DNA of 33,567 bases, from IMG/VR virus record IMGVR_UViG_3300025292_000002, positions 1-33,567 of that record; one strand, written 5' to 3'. The DNA comes from a virus (lineage: Duplodnaviria > Heunggongvirae > Uroviricota > Caudoviricetes). Both the position numbers and the translations under genes were made by a program. This document shows, one piece after another, positions 1 through 9,041 of the stretch (positions within the stretch are counted from its first letter, which is position 1; the number at the start of each line of letters is the position of its first letter). The notes beneath the pieces are model-generated. The model had not been told where the DNA came from. It did no database searches and saw nothing but the letters and a program-made list of their open reading frames with translations.

Positions 1-107
1 GCTCAGTTAACCCGCCAGGTACCTATTGGCTCTTTTTGGTCAAACTTTACTCAAGCTCATTTAGCGTATATATACTATATAATAAATCATACGAAAGGAC
101 AACTGCA

Positions 108-221
108 ATGAATGAAAAAATCAAAACTTGTGAAAAATGTGGCTCAACGATGGGCAAGAAAAACTCAGGTCATGTAATTTATTATGAATGTAATTATTGC
201 GGTAAAAAAGACAATGATTAG
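108..221 (+). CDS. Small Zn-ribbon-like hypothetical protein (37 aa)
   Basis: RBS-like GAAAGGA before ATG108; CxxC...CxxC (CEKC, CNYC); overlaps the HNH start. Confidence 0.55.
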   Translation: MNEKIKTCEKCGSTMGKKNSGHVIYYECNYCGKKDND

Positions 222-609
222 GAAAATGATTTGCTCTTGTGGTAAATTGATTGCGGATAATGAAATCTGTCCGTGTAAGAAAAAAGCTAGAGCTATTAGA
301 AATAAACAAAAAAATGAACTCAATGCTGAATTGTCTAAAGTTATGAAATCGGTGAAATGGAAACGATTCAGAAAAAATATTATAAATCGTGATGGAGCTG
401 CCTGTCAACGCTGTCTAATCAAATATAATATTATTAATAGCGACAATCTCCAAGTACACCACATCAAACCAAGAAGTGAATATCCAGAACTAACGTTTGA
501 ACCAGAAAATTGTATTACATTATGTAAAACATGTAACTTACAACTTGGGACAAAAGACGAATTGGATTTTAAAACTACGATTGAAACATTGGACGATTTC
601 GTAATTTAA
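214..609 (+). CDS. HNH endonuclease, packaging-associated (HK97 gp74-like position)
   Basis: RDG..CQRC, VHHIKP, NCITLCKTCN motif; directly upstream of terS. Start placed at ATG214 rather than 184. Confidence 0.85.
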   Translation: MIRKMICSCGKLIADNEICPCKKKARAIRNKQKNELNAELSKVMKSVKWKRFRKNIINRDGAACQRCLIKYNIINSDNLQVHHIKPRSEYPELTFEPENCITLCKTCNLQLGTKDELDFKTTIETLDDFVI

Positions 610-620
610 GGAGTGATATT

Positions 621-1115
621 ATGGCTAAACCGAGAAAGCCAGCAGCTTTGAAGCAAGGTAAATCTGAAACACAAGCTGAATTAAAAGTACGTGAAGAACA
701 AGAAAAACGTTTGATGGGCAACACTGACATGCTACAACATGTACCAGAATACCTTGACCCATTAGCACAAGCATTTTACAAATATTTAATTACAGAGCTT
801 GAAATCGGTGGTTTATTGTCTAACTTAGATATTCCATTATTGGAACAAACTGCAGACGCATTAAGTAAGTTACGACAATGTGACGACATTTTAAATACTG
901 AAGGAATTAAAGTTACAACATTTGACCGCAATGGTTTTGAAGTTGTAAAAGAACATCCAACAGTTAAAACCAAAATGGCATATTTAAATGCTTTCAAAAC
1001 TTTATCAAATCAACTGGGAATGAGTCCAGCTTCAAGAGCTCAACTGGCAGGTATGCAAGTACAAGCTAAGGAAGAAGAAGCAGACCCATTATTGCAATTG
1101 TTAAAGAACTCATAA
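621..1115 (+). CDS. terS: Terminase small subunit (P27-like)
   Basis: RBS AGGAG; EHPTV and LGMSPASRA motifs typical of P27-family TerS; position next to HNH. Confidence 0.85.
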   Translation: MAKPRKPAALKQGKSETQAELKVREEQEKRLMGNTDMLQHVPEYLDPLAQAFYKYLITELEIGGLLSNLDIPLLEQTADALSKLRQCDDILNTEGIKVTTFDRNGFEVVKEHPTVKTKMAYLNAFKTLSNQLGMSPASRAQLAGMQVQAKEEEADPLLQLLKNS

Positions 1116-1133
1116 TTGAATATTAATATTCAA
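1116..1133. promoter_or_regulatory. 18-bp palindrome TTGAATATTAATATTCAA (perfect copy)
   Basis: One of 8 copies; directly after the terS stop codon. Confidence 0.8.
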
Positions 1134-1168
1134 CTTTGAGATTCATATATATTAGGAGGAAATTTTTT

Positions 1169-1732
1169 ATGGCATGGGAACAATTTCAAACACCGTTTCA
1201 AGTTTATCCAGACACATGGAAATTTAAAGATGAAACAGGTAATTATGTAAAGCAACAATGGAAACAAATTAATGGTAAATGGTACGTATTCGCTGACAAT
1301 GGCGAAATGATTCGTGATTGGTTCTGGAATGGATACTTCTGGTTCCATTTAAACACTGATGGCTCTATGACAACTGAAGGCTGGGCTAACATTGATGGCG
1401 ATTGGTACCGTTTCAACTCAGAAGGTCATATGCAACTTGGGTGGCAACAAATTGATGGCGGTTGGTATTACCTTGAACATTCTTCAGGTAGAGCAGAAAA
1501 AATGTGGTACAAGAGTGCCGATACAAATTGGTATTACTTATCACCTGGTAACCAAACTGTTGATGGCGTATTCTTCAAAGAATGTCAAGCACTTGAAAAT
1601 GTTTGGTTAGAAGAAGCAGGAAAATGGTATTGGTTCAAAACTGCTGGTACTATGGCTCGCAGTGAAACTATCGTTATTCGAGGAGTTTCAAGAACATTCA
1701 ACTCAGATGGTTCTTGTGTGAATCCAAATTAA
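1169..1732 (+). CDS. Cell-wall/choline-binding-type repeat protein without a catalytic domain
   Basis: About six ~20-aa repeats (W-x-x-I-x-G-x-W-Y-x-F...G-x-M); RBS AGGAGG before ATG1169. Confidence 0.8.
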   Translation: MAWEQFQTPFQVYPDTWKFKDETGNYVKQQWKQINGKWYVFADNGEMIRDWFWNGYFWFHLNTDGSMTTEGWANIDGDWYRFNSEGHMQLGWQQIDGGWYYLEHSSGRAEKMWYKSADTNWYYLSPGNQTVDGVFFKECQALENVWLEEAGKWYWFKTAGTMARSETIVIRGVSRTFNSDGSCVNPN

Positions 1733-1739
1733 TTAACTA

Positions 1740-1769
1740 GGGAGCTCATTTGAGTTCCCTATTTTTTTT
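1740..1769 (+). terminator. Intrinsic terminator
   Basis: GGGAGCTCA-TT-TGAGTTCCC plus T-run. Confidence 0.75.
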
Positions 1770-1789
1770 ATTATATAGGAGGAATTAAA

Positions 1790-2851
1790 ATGGCAGAATT
1801 TAAACTACCACCAACGGAAATAACAAACATTGAGGAAGCCAAAGAAATTCCTTGGGGAGTACAACATGTAAATGCATCACAATTTTGGGATAAAGGAACT
1901 GGGAAAGAAGTTGTTGTGGCAGTACTTGACAGTGGCTGTGATAAAGACCATCCAGATTTAAAAGGAAAAATCCTTGATGGACGAAACTTCACATACGATT
2001 ATGACCAAGACATTTTGAATTATAGTGACAATCGAGGACATGGAACGCATGTTGCTGGTACCATTGCTGGAATCAAAGATGGCAAAGGTATTGTCGGTGT
2101 AGCTCCAGATGTAAAACTTATCATCGGTAAAGTTTTAAATGCAGCTGGTGGTGGCGATTATGACGGAATCATTAATGGTATTCGTTGGGCGACAAAATGG
2201 AAAGGACCAAACGGAGAAAAAGTTCGTGTTATTTCAATGTCACTTGGAGGACCTTACGACATCCCCGAGCTTTACGCAGCTGTTAAAGAAGCGGTTGACA
2301 ATGATATAGTTGTTGTATGTGCTGCTGGTAACGCTGGTGACGGAAATAGCGACACTAACGAATATGCTTATCCTGGTGCCTATGATTGTGTTGTTGAAGT
2401 TGGAGCTGTAGGTCGAGACAATCAACTTTCAACTTTTTCAAACACGAACAATCGAATTGATTTAGTAGCTCCTGGTGAAAATATCTTATCATCTGTTCCT
2501 GGTGGAGCATATGCTGAAATGACAGGTACGTCTCAAGCTGCACCACACGTAGCTGGAGCAGTTGCTTTAATTATCAGTGCTTATGAAAAAGTTGGTCAAA
2601 CATTAACTGAACCAGAAATCTTTGAGCTGTTGTTGAAACATATCAAACCACTGAACGGTCATAAGAATGGTTTCGGTCATGGTGTATTAGATATGTCAAT
2701 GAATGCTGAAGGAATCAAACCAGCGGAAAATAAACACGAACCATTGATAATTTCTAAGGAGAATGGTTTCTTCATTAATATAGGCCCATTTGAAACAAAT
2801 GAAAAAGCCATTGAATTTTTTAGCAAAATCAACCTTACAAATCTAAAATAA
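1790..2851 (+). CDS. Subtilisin-family (S8) serine protease, intracellular IspA-like
   Basis: Catalytic motifs VLDSG, HGTHVAG, GTSQAAPHV and oxyanion AAGN; no signal peptide; short N-terminal extension. Confidence 0.92.
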   Translation: MAEFKLPPTEITNIEEAKEIPWGVQHVNASQFWDKGTGKEVVVAVLDSGCDKDHPDLKGKILDGRNFTYDYDQDILNYSDNRGHGTHVAGTIAGIKDGKGIVGVAPDVKLIIGKVLNAAGGGDYDGIINGIRWATKWKGPNGEKVRVISMSLGGPYDIPELYAAVKEAVDNDIVVVCAAGNAGDGNSDTNEYAYPGAYDCVVEVGAVGRDNQLSTFSNTNNRIDLVAPGENILSSVPGGAYAEMTGTSQAAPHVAGAVALIISAYEKVGQTLTEPEIFELLLKHIKPLNGHKNGFGHGVLDMSMNAEGIKPAENKHEPLIISKENGFFINIGPFETNEKAIEFFSKINLTNLK

Positions 2852-2861
2852 ACAATATAAT
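2833..2861 (+). promoter_or_regulatory. CCTTACA-N16-TATAAT promoter-like motif
   Basis: Same spacing at 3359, 20148, 22921, 27556, 28128 (+) and 32137 (-). Confidence 0.7.
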
Positions 2862-2913
2862 AGTAAAGTAATCAGCGAAACCGATTACAAATAAATTATT
2901 AGGAGAATGCTAA

Positions 2914-3276
2914 ATGGCAAAAACAACAGAATACATCGAGTTAAACACAGGTTCTTTCCCGTATGGTGGAAACATGGTTGTTTCAACAGACGAAAACAAC
3001 ACGCAAGTATTTGTTTCATGTGAACCGGCATGGCAACAAGCATGTACTGTAAAAATTACTTTACAACGTCCAAATCAAAATGAAGCTTGGGTTGCTGTAA
3101 GTGAAACTCGTCAAGGCGATATTTGGAATGATTTCATGAGTAAACAACCTTACCATGCTCAATTCAACAACGTTGCTAAAACTGGTCAAGCAATCCGTGC
3201 TCGTATTTACATGTACGACCCATGGGGTGGCGGACAATACATGCAAGACGATTCAAGTGCTGTTTGGATTCGTTAA
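2914..3276 (+). CDS. Hypothetical beta-rich protein, paralog of 28579..28947
   Basis: RBS AGGAG; shares WNDFMSKQxYxAxFNN(V/I)AxxGQxxRxR with 28579..28947. Confidence 0.8.
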   Translation: MAKTTEYIELNTGSFPYGGNMVVSTDENNTQVFVSCEPAWQQACTVKITLQRPNQNEAWVAVSETRQGDIWNDFMSKQPYHAQFNNVAKTGQAIRARIYMYDPWGGGQYMQDDSSAVWIR

Positions 3277-3280
3277 TTAA

Positions 3281-3306
3281 GGAAGCTCTTCGGAGCTTCT
3301 TTTTTT
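3281..3306 (+). terminator. Intrinsic terminator
   Basis: GAAGCTC-TTCG-GAGCTTC plus T-run. Confidence 0.85.
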
Positions 3307-3319
3307 ATTTGGTTATAAA

Positions 3320-3337
3320 TTGAATATTAATATTCAA
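3320..3337. promoter_or_regulatory. 18-bp palindrome (perfect copy)
   Basis: Between a terminator and a CCTTACA-class promoter motif. Confidence 0.8.
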
Positions 3338-3358
3338 AAAATTAATTATTATTCGCCA

Positions 3359-3387
3359 CCTTACAAAGCACCATGTTTCAATATAAT
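3359..3387 (+). promoter_or_regulatory. CCTTACA-N16-TATAAT promoter-like motif
   Basis: Upstream of the RBS of 3421. Confidence 0.7.
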
Positions 3388-3420
3388 AGTAGTGTAATCA
3401 ACGAATTGGAGGAAACAATC

Positions 3421-3840
3421 ATGGAAAACATAGACAAAATTCTCAAATTGGAAGAAGCAATCTTAAATTTATCATCAGCAAAAAGCAAAATTGAAGAAAT
3501 TTCCGATGTAGCTTTTACTGGTTCATTGGAAGATAAAATTTCTGCTGCAATTATTGAAGCAAAAGCAATGAAAGATTCGTTGGTAGAGCAATTAATTCCT
3601 ACATATAATAGAGGAGAAGCTTCAAAAGAAGTTATCAAAGGCATTTTCTTCTCAACTGTTTCTGGTGGCACACAAGTGAGATATGACAATCTCAGTGGCT
3701 TCGATGTTGAAGTTTTAGAACCACAAACAAATATCACACGAACAGTTTATAATGGCAATTACAGAATTGTAAATAGCGATACAAAATCGTTAATTTTCAC
3801 AATCTCAGGAAAATCAACTGAAGTTAAAATTATTCAGTAA
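3421..3840 (+). CDS. Hypothetical protein (139 aa; N-terminal helical, C-terminal beta-rich)
   Basis: RBS GGAGG before ATG3421; the upstream ATG3373 lies inside a promoter-like motif. Confidence 0.75.
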   Translation: MENIDKILKLEEAILNLSSAKSKIEEISDVAFTGSLEDKISAAIIEAKAMKDSLVEQLIPTYNRGEASKEVIKGIFFSTVSGGTQVRYDNLSGFDVEVLEPQTNITRTVYNGNYRIVNSDTKSLIFTISGKSTEVKIIQ

Positions 3841-3847
3841 TATAAGC

Positions 3848-3875
3848 TGACCTGAGCATGTCGAAAAACTGCTTA
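3848..3875 (+). ncRNA. Putative cis-regulatory H-type pseudoknot, copy 1
   Basis: TGAC-CTGAGCAT-GTCG-AAAAAC-TGCTTA upstream of the RBS of 3902. Confidence 0.6.
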
Positions 3876-3901
3876 AATATTAAATTGGAGGTATTTTATT
3901 T

Positions 3902-4732
3902 ATGACAAGAACAAAAATTATGCCTGGTGAATTATTTATTGTTGAATACGTAGACGGAGCTATTGTAAAACGTTGGGCAATTAATGATTCTAAGAATTAT
4001 ATTGAACTTGGCGAAGGACGTAAAGCTGCAAAAGGTTTCACCGATTTATTAGTTGAACCAGACGACGCTAAATTAACATTAGCTGATTCTCGTTATCATG
4101 TTAAATCAAATGCTGAAGCTATTAAATTTGTATCTGATGCTGGATTTGAAGAATTTATCTTTGCGGAAGTTAAACTTCAAAAATTGAAATTAGCTAAAGA
4201 AACACAAGTTTATAGCAAAACAGGTTCTCTGTTAGGAACTCTTCCTGCTGGTACGGAAATTGGAACGGATACTGGTACTGCTGGTAACTCAATGCCATAT
4301 TTAATGGTTGCGAACTGTTACAAAAATGCTCAAGGATGGCAATTCCTTAACCAAACAAATTATTCATACGGATTTGTGAACGTGCAACAAGCTTTCGGCT
4401 TGCAACAATTCGATGATAAACGAACTTTAGTTACTGCAAAAACAGAAAACGTAGCACAAGTTGATTGGGCATCTGTTGCTTTAGCAATTGGTACGAAAGA
4501 ACCTGAAACTTTCCTACGTGGAGATTTAACTGCTCCTACAAAAGATGTTGTTGTAACAAATGTTAACGACCATTTTGCTTCAATTGATTTGGCTAAATCT
4601 GAGCTACGTGACCCAATTCAGTATTTTGCAAATCTAAAGAATAAAGCCTTTGTTGAAAAATATTTAGGCAAAATCAATGCTACGAAAGCTGCGGATTTCA
4701 AGAAACAAGCTGATGCTTTCAACGCTAAATAA
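3902..4732 (+). CDS. Hypothetical protein (276 aa)
   Basis: RBS GGAGG, long ORF, own terminator; no family recognised with confidence. Confidence 0.8.
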   Translation: MTRTKIMPGELFIVEYVDGAIVKRWAINDSKNYIELGEGRKAAKGFTDLLVEPDDAKLTLADSRYHVKSNAEAIKFVSDAGFEEFIFAEVKLQKLKLAKETQVYSKTGSLLGTLPAGTEIGTDTGTAGNSMPYLMVANCYKNAQGWQFLNQTNYSYGFVNVQQAFGLQQFDDKRTLVTAKTENVAQVDWASVALAIGTKEPETFLRGDLTAPTKDVVVTNVNDHFASIDLAKSELRDPIQYFANLKNKAFVEKYLGKINATKAADFKKQADAFNAK

Positions 4733-4744
4733 TCAGTAATTTAT

Positions 4745-4773
4745 GAGGACTCTTCGGAGTCCTTATTTTTTTT
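4745..4773 (+). terminator. Intrinsic terminator
   Basis: AGGACTC-TTCG-GAGTCCT plus T-run. Confidence 0.85.
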
Positions 4774-4845
4774 GGTTTGCTATTTATATTGTCATGAGCC
4801 ACGTATATATACTGTATAAAACATACATTGAAAGGGTGTGAAAAA

Positions 4846-6546
4846 ATGGTATCTGAAACAATCTTAAATCATAAAGCTTATATTTATGCTAAAGATGTTG
4901 CTGAAGGAAAGTTCGTTTCTGCGAAATACATTAAAATTGCTTGTCAAAATTTCTTAGATGACGTACACAATCCAGATTGTAAGTACAAAATCGACGAAAA
5001 ACAGCTAGAATTGATTACAAATTTAACAAAATTAATCAATATGGCTACAGGTTTAAAGGTTGGTATTTCAGCTCATGAAGCTTTGGCTGGTTTCCAGTGG
5101 TTCTTCCTTGTAAACGCTTTATGTTGGGTACACAAAGACAAGCCAGAAAAACGTAGATATGAAAAATCTGTACTTTTGATTGCACGTAAAAGCGGAAAAT
5201 CATTCTTAGTTGGTCTAATTTTCATAATTCTTATGATTATTGAGCCAGAATTCTCAGAATTTTACTCAGTTGCGCCAGACCGTGAGCTTTCTTCAATTGT
5301 AAAAAAAGAAATTCAACAAATGATTGATGCTTCACCGTATCTTGGCAAGTATTTTCAACCTTTACGAGCAGAAATTCGTTGTACGTTGAAAAAATCCAAG
5401 TTCGTGCCACTTGCTACGTCTGAAAACCGTATGGACGGACGTTTAGCTAACGTATTCGTTGCCGATGAAGTAGGAGCTTTACGAAATCGTTATCCAATTT
5501 CAGCCATGGAATCATCTCAGATGAACTTGGTCAACAGAACAGGTATTCTGATTTCGACAGCTTATGAATCTCTGCAAAATCCTATGACGGAAGAAGTGGA
5601 ATATGCTGAAAAAGTTTTAGAAGGTAACGTTGAAGACGAAACTTTATTCGCATTGCTTTACAAGCCAGACGACCCTGAAGATTGGTTATCCGATGAAGCG
5701 CTTTTACAAGCCAATCCGCTTGTATTTGACCTTCCAGAAAATTTGGAACAGCTAAAAAAACAACGTAAGAAAGCTGTTGAAATTCCTTCTGAGCAACAAA
5801 ACTTCAAAACTAAGCACATGAACATTTTCGTTGATGGTGATATTAGTGAAGTTTATGTTTCTACGGAAGATTTACGTAAATGTAAGGTAGAATCTTACAA
5901 TTGGCGTGGCAGAGATGTATATATCGGGGTCGATTTATCACAAACTAACGATAATACTGCAGTAGCCATGGTAACTTACGATGCAGACCTTAGGAAATAT
6001 GTTGCGAAAGTTTGGGCATTTTTACCTGGCGCAAACATTGAAACTAAGAATAAGCTCGAGAAAATTGATTACAGAATCATGCAGAAAAACGGTTTTTGTT
6101 TCTTTTCTGGCGATAAAGTAATTAATTATGGCGAAATTGAAAAATTTGTTAATGAATTGCCAGAAAAATATGGCGTGACGATAAAAAATATCGGTTATGA
6201 CCGATACAACTGTATTTCTTCAGCAAATAAATGGTATGAATCTGGTCATGAAGTAACAGAAATCAAACAGCATTCATCTGTGCTTCACCCAGCCACCAAA
6301 TTGCTGAAGGAATCTATTCTGAAACAAGATTTTGCTTACGAAAAAAATGAATTGTTCGAGCGAAACGTTTCAAACGCTCGTGAAGTTAAAGATAACAATT
6401 TAAATAGCTATGTCAACAAGAAAAAATCAACTGGTAAAATTGATATGTTGGCTGCTACGATAAATGCTATGGTTCTTTGGAATCTTGAACGTGAAGAAGG
6501 ATTGAGCGTTTATGAGGAAGACGAACGTGGTTTGATAGTATTGTAA
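4846..6546 (+). CDS. terL: Terminase large subunit
   Basis: Walker A (ARKSGKS), Walker B (FVADEVG), nuclease YIGVDLSQTND and KIDMLAA; start placed at ATG4846. Confidence 0.95.
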   Translation: MVSETILNHKAYIYAKDVAEGKFVSAKYIKIACQNFLDDVHNPDCKYKIDEKQLELITNLTKLINMATGLKVGISAHEALAGFQWFFLVNALCWVHKDKPEKRRYEKSVLLIARKSGKSFLVGLIFIILMIIEPEFSEFYSVAPDRELSSIVKKEIQQMIDASPYLGKYFQPLRAEIRCTLKKSKFVPLATSENRMDGRLANVFVADEVGALRNRYPISAMESSQMNLVNRTGILISTAYESLQNPMTEEVEYAEKVLEGNVEDETLFALLYKPDDPEDWLSDEALLQANPLVFDLPENLEQLKKQRKKAVEIPSEQQNFKTKHMNIFVDGDISEVYVSTEDLRKCKVESYNWRGRDVYIGVDLSQTNDNTAVAMVTYDADLRKYVAKVWAFLPGANIETKNKLEKIDYRIMQKNGFCFFSGDKVINYGEIEKFVNELPEKYGVTIKNIGYDRYNCISSANKWYESGHEVTEIKQHSSVLHPATKLLKESILKQDFAYEKNELFERNVSNAREVKDNNLNSYVNKKKSTGKIDMLAATINAMVLWNLEREEGLSVYEEDERGLIVL

Positions 6547-6564
6547 TTGAAAATTAATATTCAA
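6547..6564. promoter_or_regulatory. 18-bp palindrome (1 mismatch)
   Basis: TTGAAAATTAATATTCAA between the terL stop and the portal RBS. Confidence 0.8.
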
Positions 6565-6574
6565 AAAGGAGAAA

Positions 6575-7939
6575 ATGAACATGGGATTTTGGAGCAAATT
6601 AACCGAAAAAAGAAATGCAACAAGCGAAATGGAGCAAAGAGAATCATTTTCAAGTAGCAGTGCTGCTTTTGCTTCCATGTTTGGTAGTGCAACAAATATC
6701 AGCGAAGAACAAGTTGTGAAAATTCCAACTGCTGAGTCTTGTCTGAATTTGATTACGAGCTCAATTGCTCAAATGCCGATTTATTTATACAAAGAAAATG
6801 CTGATGGTTCAGTCGAAAAAGTTTTAGACGACAATCGTGTACACTTACTGAATCACGAGCCAAACGAGCTTTTAAACGGCTACAATTTCAAAAAACAAAT
6901 CGTTAAGGATTATTTATTACACGGTGGAGCTTACATCTCAGTTGAAAAGCTGGGCAATAACGTAAATGAGTTATATCCATTGCCAGCACAAAATATCGCT
7001 GTCACAAAATACATTAAGGACGGATATAAAGCTTCAGCTGACATTCGACTTACTGCATTGGATGGAATTGGCGGTTATCAAAACAAAGAAATTAAATTCA
7101 AACCTTATGAATTGATGATTTCTTTAGCTGATTCTAAAGATGGAGTTACAACTCGAGGATTGCTGATGAAAGGCGAAAAGATTTTCCAACAAGCTTTAGA
7201 CGAAATGGAATATACGTACAATATTTTCCAACGTGGAGCTTTGCCACTCGGTTTATTAAAAACAAGCGCTCGTTTATCTCAAGTTGCTATTGACAGATTA
7301 AGAGATGCTTGGGCAAATCTATATGGTGGTGCCAAAAACTCTGCTAAAACAGTTATTTTAGAAGAAGGAATGGAATACTCGCCATTATCAATGAAACCAA
7401 CTGATTTACAGTTAAATGATAGCAAAAAAGGAACAAACGCTGAAGTATGTAAATTGTTTGGTGTGCCAGAATCAATGATTTCTACAGCTGCCAATAAATA
7501 TGGCTCAATTGAGCAAAACAATTTACACTTTTTAAAACACACATTGTCACCTATTATCGGTTCATTTGAATCAGCTGCTGACAAATCATTGTTGCTTGAA
7601 AAAGAAAAAGCAGAAGGATATTTCTTCCGTTTTGACACAAGCGAATTGTTACGAGCTACCGAAAAGGAACGTACTGAAGCGGTAGCAATGGGTCTTGAAA
7701 AGGGATTATTAACAATCAATGAAGCTCGTGCTAAGCTCGATTTACCAAACATTAAGGACGATGTGTTCATGTGGGGATTACAAAACGTTCTATTCAACCC
7801 TGAAACTGGCGAAATGAAAGTGCCTAATATGGGATTAACTGGAGGAGAAAATAATGGTGATAATACCGCAACAAATAATGATAGCGCTGGAATGGATAAT
7901 GTTAAACCTAAAGATAAGCTTAAAGACAAATCCGACTGA
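6575..7939 (+). CDS. Portal protein, HK97 family
   Basis: Follows terL; L.HGGAY, NAG-like GAKNSAKTVILEEGMEY and TINEARAKLDLP motifs. Confidence 0.93.
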   Translation: MNMGFWSKLTEKRNATSEMEQRESFSSSSAAFASMFGSATNISEEQVVKIPTAESCLNLITSSIAQMPIYLYKENADGSVEKVLDDNRVHLLNHEPNELLNGYNFKKQIVKDYLLHGGAYISVEKLGNNVNELYPLPAQNIAVTKYIKDGYKASADIRLTALDGIGGYQNKEIKFKPYELMISLADSKDGVTTRGLLMKGEKIFQQALDEMEYTYNIFQRGALPLGLLKTSARLSQVAIDRLRDAWANLYGGAKNSAKTVILEEGMEYSPLSMKPTDLQLNDSKKGTNAEVCKLFGVPESMISTAANKYGSIEQNNLHFLKHTLSPIIGSFESAADKSLLLEKEKAEGYFFRFDTSELLRATEKERTEAVAMGLEKGLLTINEARAKLDLPNIKDDVFMWGLQNVLFNPETGEMKVPNMGLTGGENNGDNTATNNDSAGMDNVKPKDKLKDKSD

Positions 7940-8090
7940 TTTTTTATTGCTGATGGGATTGTTTCTCATCGGCTATTTTGTTTTTAACACATTTGGATTT
8001 AGCATTTTAACTTTATATGCAGGGTCAATTTGCGTACTTGCAAGCTTCGTGTTAGAGCTTGTCCCTAAATCGAAGAGAAAAAGAAACTAG
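7854..8090 (+). CDS. Small membrane protein between portal and protease (start uncertain, possibly 7899)
   Basis: Two hydrophobic segments and a basic C-terminus; fills the gap to the protease RBS. Confidence 0.55.
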   Translation: MVIIPQQIMIALEWIMLNLKISLKTNPTDFLLLMGLFLIGYFVFNTFGFSILTLYAGSICVLASFVLELVPKSKRKRN

Positions 8091-8102
8091 GAGGAATATT
8101 AA

Positions 8103-9041
8103 ATGGAAAAATTAGAACTCCGCTTCGTCGATGCTACAATGGAAAGTGTCGATGATGGCTTAAAAGTATCTGGTTATGTAAACAAAACAAATCAATGGAG
8201 CCAAGTATTAGGACAACGTAAAAAATTCGTTGAACGTATTTTACCTGGCACATTTAGCCAAGCAATTGGCGCTGGTAATGAAATTCACTTTTTAGCTGAA
8301 CATGACAATGCAAAAATTTTATCATCTACACGAAATGGCTCTTTAAATTTACGTGAAGATGAAAACGGTCTGTACATGGAAGCTACAATCAGCGATACTA
8401 GTTGGGGTCGTGATTATCATACGTTAATCAAGGACGGAATTATTCAAAATATGTCTTTTGGTATGCAAGTAACAAAAGATAGCTGGAGAAAATTGCCTGA
8501 TGGAATTTATGAGCGCTCAATCAGTGGTTTATATTTAGCTGAAGTTTCAGCGGTACGAAATCCTGCTTACGTTCAATCAACAATTCAAGCTCGTTCAATC
8601 GAAGTTGTTGAAGATGTTGATATTCCTGAAGATGTTGAAATCGAAAATGAAAATAGAGAGGAATCAAATCAAATGTTAGATATCGAAACTCGTGATAAAT
8701 TGGCTACTGTTTTAGAGGAAATTTTAGTTGCACTTAAGGACAATAAAGCTGCTGAAAATGTTGTTGAACAAGTTGAAGAAGTTGTTGAAGCAATCGCTGA
8801 TGGAGCAGAAGAAATTGTTGAAGAAGTTGTGGAAAAAGTTGAGGAAGTTGTTGAAACAGCTAAAGAAGCTACAGACAAAGTCGTTGACAAAGTTGAAGAA
8901 GTTGTCGAGGAAGTAGTTGAAGAAGTTAAAGACGTGGTTGAAGCTGTTGAAGAAACAGTGAAAAAAGCTGTCGAAGACGTTAAAGAAGCTGTTACAGACC
9001 CAGATAATTCAAAATTTTTAACAAAATTATTAGATTTTTAA
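8103..9041 (+). CDS. Prohead protease, HK97 family, with acidic low-complexity C-terminal extension
   Basis: SGY, FVERILPGTF, LAEHD, GLY, MSFG and EVSAVRNPAY motifs. Confidence 0.9.
   Translation: MEKLELRFVDATMESVDDGLKVSGYVNKTNQWSQVLGQRKKFVERILPGTFSQAIGAGNEIHFLAEHDNAKILSSTRNGSLNLREDENGLYMEATISDTSWGRDYHTLIKDGIIQNMSFGMQVTKDSWRKLPDGIYERSISGLYLAEVSAVRNPAYVQSTIQARSIEVVEDVDIPEDVEIENENREESNQMLDIETRDKLATVLEEILVALKDNKAAENVVEQVEEVVEAIADGAEEIVEEVVEKVEEVVETAKEATDKVVDKVEEVVEEVVEEVKDVVEAVEETVKKAVEDVKEAVTDPDNSKFLTKLLDF

Noticed and set aside
609-621. cos site between HNH and terS
   Set aside because: Only 11 nt separate the genes, and they hold the RBS; no cohesive-end site can be identified from this window.
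1116-1133. 18-bp palindrome as a host ArgR/AhrC ARG box
   Set aside because: ARG boxes have TGAAT-N4-ATTCA; here the spacing is 6 nt, and the linked genes have no arginine connection.
3848-3875. Pseudoknot motif as a preQ1-I riboswitch
   Set aside because: Similar size and A-rich 3' loop, but stem 1 is shorter, the preQ1 loop signature is not recognisable, and the downstream genes are unrelated to queuosine.
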